Part shown: positions 18,762-27,729 of the stretch, in pieces
How the letters are laid out: each line of letters opens with the position of its first letter
How positions within the stretch are numbered: position 1 is the first letter of the stretch
Source of the DNA: Candidatus Bathyarchaeia archaeon
GTDB lineage: Archaea; Thermoproteota; Bathyarchaeia; Bathyarchaeales; Bathycorpusculaceae
Assembly: GCA_050010755.1 (NCBI GenBank)
Contig: JBEKKK010000001.1
Span: 1,280,001 to 1,344,000 of the forward strand
Reading direction: 5' to 3'
DNA length: 64,000 nucleotides
Program-made: the position numbers and the translations under genes
The notes under the pieces: generated by a model
Seen by the model: only the letters and a program-made list of their open reading frames with translations
Database searches by the model: none
What the model was told of the DNA's origin: nothing

Positions 18762-21065
18762 TTGAACATAGCCAGTAGGAGGAAGGAAACCAAAGTGAAG
18801 CTGCCCAACATATCTCGAGAAACCCTGGGAAAACTTCGAGTAAAGATCAGTTCCACTTCTTTGCTTTCTTTCGCGGCGTTGATACTTATCCTGTTCATCG
18901 CTTACATCATACGCATGCTTCCACTGCGTTGGGAAATTGGATCTGGAACAGGCTTCATAAACCTGTCCGAGTTTGATGCATTTTTCGAATTTCGCATAGG
19001 TAACTATATGGTGCAAAACGGGTTGCTTTCGCCTTATTGGCCAAAACTGTGGCTCGATACCCAACTCTGGTATCCCGCGGGAATTAACATGGGCACAGAA
19101 TCGCTACCGTCAATACCCATGACTGGAGCTTTTCTTTATGACATAGTTCATGCTCTGGGGGTCAACATAGATTTTATGAGTTTTTGTGCGCTTCTTCCAC
19201 CAATATTTGGCACCTTGTGTGTTCTAATTATGTATTTCATCGGCAAGGAATATGGAGGAAAAGCCGTCGGATTGCTCGCTGCGCTTATCTTGGCTCTGGA
19301 CGCATCTTTTATTACAAGAAGCAATTTGGGCTGGTTTGAAACTGAAACAGCCACATTTTCCTTTCTGCTTTTCTTTTTGCTTTTTCCGAAAGCAATCGAA
19401 GAAGAGAGATCGATAAGCTCCTCATTGAAACTGTCGCTGGCCTGCGGATTGTGCTTGGCCTACTTCATATGTGGGTGGGGTGCAGCGTATTATCTGGTAG
19501 ATTTGGCAGTACTCTTCGTTTTCGTCTTGCTCCTGTTGAGAAGGTACACCCGGCGCATACTGTTTGCCTACAGCATAACATATGGATTAGGGCTTATAAT
19601 AGCAATGAGCGCTCCATTCTTGGGAATACAATATCCAGTAAGCTATGCGGTCTTGCCCGTGGCTGGCGTGTTCCTCTTGCTGTGCCTTAGTGAAGTTCTG
19701 AAGATTCTAACCTCGGCAAGAGAGAGATTCGCCCTCGTAGTAGCAACCATAATAGCCATCATTGGCGCCTTCACGGCTATCTTCACCCTAGGATATGCAA
19801 ATAACATAGCGGGCAAGTTCATAACAGTCTTGGATCCTTTATTACGAAGTGCCAGTCCACTCACTGAGTCCGTTGCTGAGCACGGTATAACCGCTTGGGG
19901 CTCAATGTATTATGATCTGGGCATCTTGATTCTTTTCTTTGTTGTCGGGCTGTATTTCATTTCAAGAAATCTGGTCAACAAGAACCTGTTCTTGTTACTC
20001 TTTGGATTGACATCACTGTACTTCGCTGGCTCCATGGTGCGCTTGCTTTATCTTCTAGCACCAGCCTTTGGCCTTATCGCCGCCGTAGGAATAGTAGGTA
20101 TACTGAGACCATTCATCGCAATGCTGAAAGAACCACCGAAGATAACAACGAAAAAGTTTCGTCTAGAGCATGTGGGAAAAGAATTTAGCGGAACTGCCGT
20201 TTTCCTAATATTCCTGATTCTAGTGACGCAGTTTGCGGTGTCACCGCAGTCAGGTGGCATTCCAGCTGTGTACACGCAAGCTTACAGTCCTTTGACGATT
20301 ACGGCAGCGAGCCTTCCCATAGTTCCCAATGCTGCTGTAACAGAATGGCTTGACATGGTTACATGGACTAAGAATAATCTCGCTTCGACCGACGTCGTGG
20401 ATGCTTGGTGGGACTATGGATTCTGGCTGACAATTCTCGGAAATGTGACGACGCTCAACGATAACGCCACGATAAACGGAACGCAGATAGAAAATGTGGG
20501 TTTCACGATGATGGCAAACGAGAATGATTCAATAAAGATGCTGAAGGCTTACAATGCAAAATACATTCTCGTCTTCACCACGCTCGCCATAGAATCGCAA
20601 TCAGGTATAAACTACGCGGTTGAAGCTGGCTACGGAGACGAAGGAAAATGGACGTGGATGGCAAGGATCTCCGCGCAGAGCAGCTATGACATTAATGTTA
20701 CTCCCACCTCCCCTTGGACAAACTGGAATTGGACTGACGAGACGGCGTTCGGATCATTCACAAATGTTACTACCTATTGGCCGAACGATTGGTTATGGAA
20801 CAACCAAGGAACAAATTCGACGATTTATCAACTGATGACTTGGGCGAGAACCTTGTATTGCAATGCGCAAGGAGTAACCGACCCCGACGCGGGCAACGCT
20901 ACTGGAGGAATAAACCCCGATACTGGCGTGTCAAACCCCGTGCCACTCTACTTTACACCTGCACACATTTCCGGGTTGGATCTTAACCCAACTGACGCCA
21001 CTGATCAGTACGGTGGGTTGGTGCCACTCGTCGCGCTTTTCAAGATAGACTATCCTGACGGGTGA
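18762..21065 (+). CDS. aglB: Oligosaccharyltransferase catalytic subunit AglB/STT3
   Basis: SEFD, SVAEH, WWDYG, DNAT motifs; multi-TM N-terminal region. Confidence 0.95.
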   Translation: MNIASRRKETKVKLPNISRETLGKLRVKISSTSLLSFAALILILFIAYIIRMLPLRWEIGSGTGFINLSEFDAFFEFRIGNYMVQNGLLSPYWPKLWLDTQLWYPAGINMGTESLPSIPMTGAFLYDIVHALGVNIDFMSFCALLPPIFGTLCVLIMYFIGKEYGGKAVGLLAALILALDASFITRSNLGWFETETATFSFLLFFLLFPKAIEEERSISSSLKLSLACGLCLAYFICGWGAAYYLVDLAVLFVFVLLLLRRYTRRILFAYSITYGLGLIIAMSAPFLGIQYPVSYAVLPVAGVFLLLCLSEVLKILTSARERFALVVATIIAIIGAFTAIFTLGYANNIAGKFITVLDPLLRSASPLTESVAEHGITAWGSMYYDLGILILFFVVGLYFISRNLVNKNLFLLLFGLTSLYFAGSMVRLLYLLAPAFGLIAAVGIVGILRPFIAMLKEPPKITTKKFRLEHVGKEFSGTAVFLIFLILVTQFAVSPQSGGIPAVYTQAYSPLTITAASLPIVPNAAVTEWLDMVTWTKNNLASTDVVDAWWDYGFWLTILGNVTTLNDNATINGTQIENVGFTMMANENDSIKMLKAYNAKYILVFTTLAIESQSGINYAVEAGYGDEGKWTWMARISAQSSYDINVTPTSPWTNWNWTDETAFGSFTNVTTYWPNDWLWNNQGTNSTIYQLMTWARTLYCNAQGVTDPDAGNATGGINPDTGVSNPVPLYFTPAHISGLDLNPTDATDQYGGLVPLVALFKIDYPDG

Positions 21066-21949
21066 AGGAAGACATTTTGTTCCCCAGAGCTCCTGACCAG
21101 CATAAGCCAAACAGGCCGCTGGTTCCGAACGGTTTAGGCATCTTCTATGTCATTATCAGCGCTGTTTACATTTTTCTTCTGTATTTCTTCGGCGTGGAGA
21201 ACGTGGCTAACGGGATTTCTGCGCCTCTTACCTTGGCGGCATGCATATTGTTCGGTGGTTTCATGGGCCTGCTGGACGACTGGATCGATCTCAGGTGGCG
21301 ATACAAGGCGTTCCTTCCACTTGTGGCTGCCATACCTCTTGTTACTTTTGCAAGTAAGGTCGGAGCGCGTACTTCGATAGCCCTTCCGCTTTTGGGAACC
21401 ATCCACTTCGGACCGGTATATTACTTTATAATCATTCCAGTCCTCGTGACGATAATCACGAACACTGTTAATCAGCTTGGTGGTCTGAACGGTTTAGAAA
21501 CAATCTGTCCCGCAATAATTATGATAGGGCTGATGGTCATCTCAGGATCTTTCGCAATTCTCCTGCTTTGTCCGTTGATTGTTTGGCTGATACTTGCCTT
21601 CTTTAATTTTCAAGGCAGAATTTTCATCGGTAATACTGGATCTTTCGCCATAGGGATTACGCTCGCTGCTTTTGCAGTTATTTCGGACCTGAAGTTCGAT
21701 TTGGTGATTTCAGTTTTGCCATACATATTCAACTCAGTTGTAATTCTCTTGACATTTTTCTTTTACAAGACTAAGGCCAGCGTTTCCTTTGACGGCAAGC
21801 GACTCGTGTCAGATCACAGGAGGAGCCTAGTAACGCTTATCTCGTTTAACCGTCCGCTGACCGAAAGACAGATGGTCATCATAATCTCGCTTTTGGTTGC
21901 GGCAACAACTTTCGCAGCTGTCCTTGCTCGACTACTGTTAAATCTCTGA
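21062..21949 (+). CDS. MraY/GPT-family polyprenyl-phosphate GlcNAc-1-P transferase (AglH/Alg7-like)
   Basis: DQHKP..VP, GLLDDW, NTVNQLGGLNGLE, FIGNTG; overlaps the aglB stop. Confidence 0.85.
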   Translation: MKEDILFPRAPDQHKPNRPLVPNGLGIFYVIISAVYIFLLYFFGVENVANGISAPLTLAACILFGGFMGLLDDWIDLRWRYKAFLPLVAAIPLVTFASKVGARTSIALPLLGTIHFGPVYYFIIIPVLVTIITNTVNQLGGLNGLETICPAIIMIGLMVISGSFAILLLCPLIVWLILAFFNFQGRIFIGNTGSFAIGITLAAFAVISDLKFDLVISVLPYIFNSVVILLTFFFYKTKASVSFDGKRLVSDHRRSLVTLISFNRPLTERQMVIIISLLVAATTFAAVLARLLLNL

Positions 21950-22034
21950 CACTTTGATTTCCCTCAAACTCGTTTTTCAACGCAGTGCCCTAAAGAAAGA
22001 GTACGTGGCCAACACGGTTCGCAGAGCAGCGCGC

Positions 22035-24725
22035 CTAGAGGAAATGTTCCAGTTTCGTCAGGCCGATTATTTCTTCAAAATCTAGGCCTAGGGCGTCTAA
22101 GACCTGATCAAACGTTGATTGCAGATAGGCGACGTACTTGTCGACATCGACCTCATTCCGTGTTGCGAGTTCGACAGGCTTGACGTGTGGTTCCCTGGTG
22201 ATCTTGACGAAGCTTATCAGGTCGCCTGCCTTCAAGTCTGCCCCTTTTTCTCTCAAGATTTTGGCAGCTTTTACATGTTGTGGCGTTGTCTTTGTGTAGT
22301 GTTCTATGTCCTCCCCCAAGACCACGTTGAAGGCGAGATCGCTCATGCTGTCCCATTCTCGCCTCTTGAGTTGCTGGTAGCACTCCCGCACATTTTCTGC
22401 TATATCCATTTTCGCTTTCTCGAAATCTGCAGGTGTCTTAACAGTCGCCAGATGTGTTTTCATTCTTTCAAACGCCTTTTTTATGAAAATTGGTATATGC
22501 CGTTTCTTGCCTGTAAGTCCTTTTACGTCAACAGTCCCATCTTCTAGCACGCCTAAGTAGTTCTTTTTTCGAGAACTGAACACGGCGTACCTGTAGACCT
22601 TGTCAACGTCGAGACTCATTTTTAGCTCTTGCTCAGTCCAACCTGCCAACTCTTCGATCTGTTGCTTCGAAGGATTTTTCAAGAATAGGCTGTCCGTGTC
22701 TCCATAAAGCACTTGGATATTCAGCTTCTCAGCTTTGCCGAGTATTTGTGTTATAGAGTGTCTCCCGATTGCAGCGGTAGCTTCGGCCACCGGTGGACAA
22801 TAAAGGTCGAAGCTTTCGGCTCCAAATACTCCGTAGCTTGCGTTCAGAATTACTTTTAACGCTCCTTGAGTTACGTTATACCAACTTCTTAGGTCAGGGG
22901 TAAGAGCCTTGTCTTTGGATTTTGGTTTGTACCATTGCACTCGCAAGTCCCTCAGCGAGCCGATGAGAAGACTTTCTAGCGCCCGTTTTTTCCTGCAGAC
23001 CCAGTGGGGCGTGCCAGGAATGACGTTGCTACGGCATTCAGGGTGTTGACACAAGATGGATTGGTAGCCCAAGTTCCAGACCTTTATTATTGAAGGGTAC
23101 AAGCTTGGAAAGTCCATAACGGCCACATTGAAGTGAACTCCGGGAACAGGCTCAACGACAATGGCGCCCTTGTATTTTTTGCCCTTGATGATTGCTTTTG
23201 TCGCGGTCTTGCCCTTCATTGCTAATATTTCTTGAGGGGTTGGAATGAGCATGTTTCTGTGGCGATGTTCTCTTTGGAGGAAGTCTCTTATCCAGCGCGA
23301 CACCCCTTGCCTGCTAACATCCTCCATGGGCATGCTGCTGATTCTCGCGAGTAGAAGAATCAGCTTCATGACCTGTTCGTCTTCGAAACTTGTGAGTTTG
23401 AAAGTTATTTCGGAGTCCCTGAAACAGTATTTGGCCAGTTCAGTGTAAGTTAGCTCTCCCAAGTTTTTGTCAAGCTGAATTTTCTCCAGTCGGATTAGGG
23501 CCCTTCCTACCTCGTTGAGGGTCACGTCCCGGTAGCGGCCGTTAAAAGCGTATATTTGGATTGAGCGATTAAAGAAGAACTTGTAGAGATCAATGTGGAC
23601 TCCATAGCTCAGAAGGCAGGAGCGTTTGCCGATTTCTATTGGAATGTCGCTGTGCTTTATGCCTAGGTTCATGGCGCGGTGGGCTAGATAACGGAGGTCG
23701 AAATCGTCCCCGTTGAACGTTAGCACGAAGGGGTAGTCCCAAAGGGCGTCGAAAACGGCTCTTAAGAGTTTTTCTTCTGTGTCGAAGTATTCGATTGTTA
23801 CGCCCGCAGGCAAGTGTTCTGTTCCTTCGCGGATTTCTTCTCGCTTAAGAACGAGAATTGTCTCAAGCCCGTCAGAGGCGAACATTGACACGCAGATAAC
23901 TTGGTAAGCCGCCTCTCTCGGGTCTGGGACTCGTGTCGGAATGGGCGCCAATACCTCGATATCGATGGCTACGCGGCGGAACTTTGGAGCTGGATATTCC
24001 AGAAGTCTGGCCCATTCTACTATGAACTCGCATTCTTCGCTCGTAGCTTCCTTGAAGACTTCGCGTATTTTTGCCACTGTTCTTTCCGTGTCCTGCAAGG
24101 TTTTCTTAACGAGATTGCTGTCTTTGACCTCGTAAATCATTCCTGGAAACAGGTTTCTGTCGAATATGTAGGATTGATAGTATTTTATCGTTGATTCCCA
24201 TACTTTGATTTGATCTTGGGCTATTGGTGTTTCCGAGACTTTGGGGAAGTCTTCGGGTATTATGTCTCTGATGCATCCTGTTGGGCGTCCGCCGATGGCG
24301 AGAGGATCTTTGGTCAGGATTTTTGTTATTTTCACGTTCTTGTCCAGAAGGGGGTCGAATTTTTCGACGATTTCAAATCGGTCTAGACCCTGGTGCTGGG
24401 TCAAGCGGCTGATTCTTTCAAGCTCGTACCGTGACAGGTTGGTTAGGCAGTATGGCTGGTGTCCGGTGTTGTCGTACCAGAAATAGATCTGTCCCGAGAT
24501 TGGTTCATAGAGTTTCATCACTGCCTTTCCAATTTTTCCGTCGTATGTGGCGGATACAATGTAGGAAGCGGACAAGTTCTGAGGTGCCACTGGAGGAAAA
24601 GAAAAGCGTTTCACTTTTTCATTGGCCCGGCTTCCAGAGATGACAGCGATTCTGGGCTCCGCTTTCTCCTCTTTCACATACGGAGCTTCTTTGCGTGCAA
24701 AGTCTTCTAAGCGTTTCTGTGCCAT
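22035..24725 (-). CDS. polB1: DNA polymerase B1 (TACK-type)
   Basis: YDNTGHQPY N-terminal motif, intact exonuclease motifs (AIDIEV, FNGDDFD, YCFRD), DFPSLYPS, KVILNASYG, YGDTDS, KGLTGKK. Confidence 0.95.
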   Translation of the reverse strand: MAQKRLEDFARKEAPYVKEEKAEPRIAVISGSRANEKVKRFSFPPVAPQNLSASYIVSATYDGKIGKAVMKLYEPISGQIYFWYDNTGHQPYCLTNLSRYELERISRLTQHQGLDRFEIVEKFDPLLDKNVKITKILTKDPLAIGGRPTGCIRDIIPEDFPKVSETPIAQDQIKVWESTIKYYQSYIFDRNLFPGMIYEVKDSNLVKKTLQDTERTVAKIREVFKEATSEECEFIVEWARLLEYPAPKFRRVAIDIEVLAPIPTRVPDPREAAYQVICVSMFASDGLETILVLKREEIREGTEHLPAGVTIEYFDTEEKLLRAVFDALWDYPFVLTFNGDDFDLRYLAHRAMNLGIKHSDIPIEIGKRSCLLSYGVHIDLYKFFFNRSIQIYAFNGRYRDVTLNEVGRALIRLEKIQLDKNLGELTYTELAKYCFRDSEITFKLTSFEDEQVMKLILLLARISSMPMEDVSRQGVSRWIRDFLQREHRHRNMLIPTPQEILAMKGKTATKAIIKGKKYKGAIVVEPVPGVHFNVAVMDFPSLYPSIIKVWNLGYQSILCQHPECRSNVIPGTPHWVCRKKRALESLLIGSLRDLRVQWYKPKSKDKALTPDLRSWYNVTQGALKVILNASYGVFGAESFDLYCPPVAEATAAIGRHSITQILGKAEKLNIQVLYGDTDSLFLKNPSKQQIEELAGWTEQELKMSLDVDKVYRYAVFSSRKKNYLGVLEDGTVDVKGLTGKKRHIPIFIKKAFERMKTHLATVKTPADFEKAKMDIAENVRECYQQLKRREWDSMSDLAFNVVLGEDIEHYTKTTPQHVKAAKILREKGADLKAGDLISFVKITREPHVKPVELATRNEVDVDKYVAYLQSTFDQVLDALGLDFEEIIGLTKLEHFL

Positions 24726-24878
24726 CTCAGTTTTGACCCTGTTACCTTTATGCGTTCAAAACCTAAAATCTCTTCTCCTCTGGGCGAAAACATCCGGTCG
24801 GACGTGACGCACGCTGAATACAGAATGCCTTTAATTCTCATTCGCTTGATCCTTGATGTTTGAGGAGATGCTGAAGCC

Positions 24879-26243
24879 ATGCTTAAGGAAGCTTGGATGC
24901 TTTCGATTGAGACCCTGAGCTGGATGGAAATGCGAAGGTTAAGCGAGCCGTTGGCTTTGGCGAGGACTGTTAAACAGCTGGGAGTTACTGATTACAACGT
25001 TGTGAGGATGGCTCACCTGCTTGTTTCTGAGACTGTGAGACGGAAGAACTTTATAGACAGGTTCATTGACGGCGTTGTGAAGCCAGATTCTTTGAGTGAT
25101 TTCGATTTTGGAACTCGGGCGTTTTTGAGGCTTTATGTCTATCAGGCTCGAATTGTCAAGAACTGGGTTAGGGCAGATTTTGACGAGGCCGAGAACGTCG
25201 TGAAGCTTGGTCGCTCTATCTTGGGGTGGAAGACTCTGCAGAGGGTCGAACCGTTTCTGGGCGTGTTGCTTACGCAAGAGGAGGCTTCGGTGTTTGAGGG
25301 TGGAAGCGACGAGCAATTGATCGGGCTTCGGACTTTTCACCCATCGTGGTTTGTGAGATACTGCATAGGGCACTTCGGCAGGGGAGAGACAGTTGACGTG
25401 CTGCGGGCGGATATGAAGCCGCCTCCGAGCTACGTGAGGTTGAACACCCTTAAGGCTGATGAGGTCGAAATTCTGCAGAGGCTCTGCGGAGACGGGGTTA
25501 GCGTTGAGAAAGTCGACGGGTTGAGATATACGTACGAGGTTACGGCCGCTTCTCAGCCTGTGGCCAGAACTGCAAGTTTTCAAGAAGGGTTGCTTTTTGT
25601 ACAGGATAAGGCAAGCTGTTTCGCCGTAGAAGCAGGAAACCCAAAAGGTGGCATGACCGTTCTTGACGTCTGTGCGGCGCCGGGAGCGAAGACCTCATTC
25701 CTGGCACAGCTGATGCAGAATAGGGGTGAAATCATCAGTGTGGATTATTCAAAGCGCAGGATGGCTACATGGGAGAATGAAATCAATCGGGCCGGCGTTG
25801 GGATTGCCGAGCCGGTGATTGCTGATGCGCGGTTCAGTTTGCCTTTGGATGTCAAGGCTGACTTGGTGGTTTTGGATCCGCCGTGTACGGGAACGGGCAC
25901 TTTTGCGAAGAATCCGGCGGCCAAGTGGAGGCTTGCGCCGAGGTCTATTGAGAAGATGGCTGAGATTCAGTGGCAAATGTTGAATAACTGTTCTGATTAC
26001 GTGAAGCCTGGAGGAACGCTGGTTTATTCTACGTGTAGCATAACCGTTGAAGAGAATGAGATGCTGATTGAACGGTTTATGAAATGGCATCCGGAGTTTT
26101 TGCTGACTGAAATAGCGCCGAAGATTGGTTTGCCAGGGCTGAGGGGGCTGGACAAGTGTCAACGACTTTATCCTCACGTGCACCGTTGCAATGGGTTCTT
26201 CATCGCAAAACTGTTGAAGAGCAAGGGCACGGAAGGTGCCTGA
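24879..26243 (+). CDS. RsmB/NOP2-family RNA m5C methyltransferase with NusB-like N-terminus
   Basis: VRLNTLK, QDKAS, DVCAAPGAKT, DPPCTGTG, YSTCS, GFFIAKL. Confidence 0.92.
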   Translation: MLKEAWMLSIETLSWMEMRRLSEPLALARTVKQLGVTDYNVVRMAHLLVSETVRRKNFIDRFIDGVVKPDSLSDFDFGTRAFLRLYVYQARIVKNWVRADFDEAENVVKLGRSILGWKTLQRVEPFLGVLLTQEEASVFEGGSDEQLIGLRTFHPSWFVRYCIGHFGRGETVDVLRADMKPPPSYVRLNTLKADEVEILQRLCGDGVSVEKVDGLRYTYEVTAASQPVARTASFQEGLLFVQDKASCFAVEAGNPKGGMTVLDVCAAPGAKTSFLAQLMQNRGEIISVDYSKRRMATWENEINRAGVGIAEPVIADARFSLPLDVKADLVVLDPPCTGTGTFAKNPAAKWRLAPRSIEKMAEIQWQMLNNCSDYVKPGGTLVYSTCSITVEENEMLIERFMKWHPEFLLTEIAPKIGLPGLRGLDKCQRLYPHVHRCNGFFIAKLLKSKGTEGA

Positions 26244-26290
26244 GGCTTCAGCTCCTCCTTCTTGGCGCGGGCAGCGGTTTTCGTTCTGTG

Positions 26291-27190
26291 TTATTGTTTT
26301 CTTGATTTTTCGATGAAACAGAGGAGTTCGAAGATTATTTTTGCGGCCTGAATGGCTGAGATGCCTTGGTCGTAGTTTGGGGCGATTTCGAGGACGTCGA
26401 AGCCTAGCACGCGTCTGTCGCACACGCTTTCGAGCATGTCGAGTAGAACGTTTGTTTCAAGTCCGTCTGCTTCGGGGTTTTGTGCTGCGGGAACGTAGGC
26501 GGGGTCGAGAACGTCCATGTCGACGGATATGTAGATGTTCTTGTAGGCGTCGAGTATTTTCTTCAGTTTGTCGGCGCTTCGTTGGGTTCCCTGTTTTCTT
26601 ATCTGTTGGGTTGTGAGAGATTCTATTCCTGCCTTCTTTGCGTATGCCAGTTCTTCTTTGCAGACTGCTCTTGTGCCGACTTCTATGATTTTTGCGGGTT
26701 TGGTTTCTTCGTTTATTCGGCGCATGAAGGTTGTGTGGGAGAGTTTGAGGCCTAGGAACTCGTTGCGCAGGTCGAGGTGTGCGTCGAAGCTGACTATCGC
26801 CGTTTCGGAGGCTTTGTCTCTGAGGCTTCTTGCGATTCCGAGGGTTATCGTGTGTTCTCCGCCGATGGTTACGGGTGTTTTTTGATTTTCAACGATGCTT
26901 GTTATGACGTGTTCTAGGGTTTTGAGGGTTTTTTCGGTGTTTGCGGAGACGTGCAGGTCGCCTAGATCGTGCAGGGATAGGTCTTCAACGTCTGTTCCTG
27001 TGCGCATGCTGTAGGTTTCGATGTTGAGCGATGCTTGTCTAATCGCGGTGGGACCGAAACGTGCTCCGGTGCGGTAGGTGCTGGTGACGTCGAAGGGAAC
27101 GCCTAAGATTATGTAATCTGCTTTTTCGAACGGTTTTTGAAGTCCGCTGAAGACGTTTGATTGTGAAACGAATAGTTCTTGATCGCTCAT
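26291..27190 (-). CDS. speB: Agmatinase
   Basis: GVPFD, GARFGP, GGEHTIT, FDAHLD, SVDMDVLDP; ATG 27190 preferred. Confidence 0.92.
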   Translation of the reverse strand: MSDQELFVSQSNVFSGLQKPFEKADYIILGVPFDVTSTYRTGARFGPTAIRQASLNIETYSMRTGTDVEDLSLHDLGDLHVSANTEKTLKTLEHVITSIVENQKTPVTIGGEHTITLGIARSLRDKASETAIVSFDAHLDLRNEFLGLKLSHTTFMRRINEETKPAKIIEVGTRAVCKEELAYAKKAGIESLTTQQIRKQGTQRSADKLKKILDAYKNIYISVDMDVLDPAYVPAAQNPEADGLETNVLLDMLESVCDRRVLGFDVLEIAPNYDQGISAIQAAKIIFELLCFIEKSRKQ

Positions 27191-27224
27191 ACGCGTTTTC
27201 ACGTCCTGCCCTGTTTATCTTGGC

Positions 27225-27375
27225 CCTCGGTTCTAAACCTTTCCATGTCTCCTCCTGAAGTGGCAGGCTCACGGCATTTCTTTCCAATTCCAGACGAATG
27301 GCTTCCCGCGAGCTTTACAGTGACCCTCGGAAGAAGCGGGCTAGAGTCGCCTCTCTCTTTGAGTCCAGGTCCAAC
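27225..27375. ncRNA. Candidate structured RNA / long leader upstream of speB
   Basis: GC-balanced non-coding stretch with minus-strand stems AGAG-GCGA-CTCT, GCTTC/GAAGC with CCGAG/CTCG(C)GG, and CCTGGA/TTCAGG; family not recognised. Confidence 0.3.
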
Positions 27376-27390
27376 ATTAGGCTTTATCAC

Positions 27391-27488
27391 AAGATGTCAA
27401 CTGTGAACGGTGTCCCCCCTCCCCTTTTTTTCTTTACATCTAATGTAATGTTGCTTTGTAATGTTGCTTTGTAAGTTTCCCATGTTGC
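27391..27488 (-). repeat. Dispersed repeat copy C (inverted relative to A and B)
   Basis: Reverse complement: GCAACATGGGAAACTTAC-AAAGCAACATTAC-AAAGCAACA-TTACATtagATGTAA-AGAAAAAAAGGGGAGGGGGGACA-CCGTTCACAGTTGACATCTT. Confidence 0.85.
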
Positions 27489-27729
27489 GTGTGCGCGTTC
27501 CGAAAAAGGCTAAACTTGGAAAGATATTGCATTAGTTGCCAGGAACTTCGGAAGACACATCTAGCACAATTCACCACCTAACGTGGGTTGCCATCCACAA
27601 CCGTTGTTTTCTTAGCGCTCGCGTTTTAATAACTGGCCATGTTCAGTTGGCTGTTTTTTCGACTCCAGTCTGGTCAATTGAAAAAGACCATGAACTTTCT
27701 CGCTTCGACAAAGAAAGAGCGGCCGCGTC

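Noticed and set aside
27225-27375. Cobalamin or guanidine-I riboswitch
   Set aside because: Only scattered partial motifs (CACTGTAA, GGGAAG, CCTGCC); the conserved cores and spacing do not fit.
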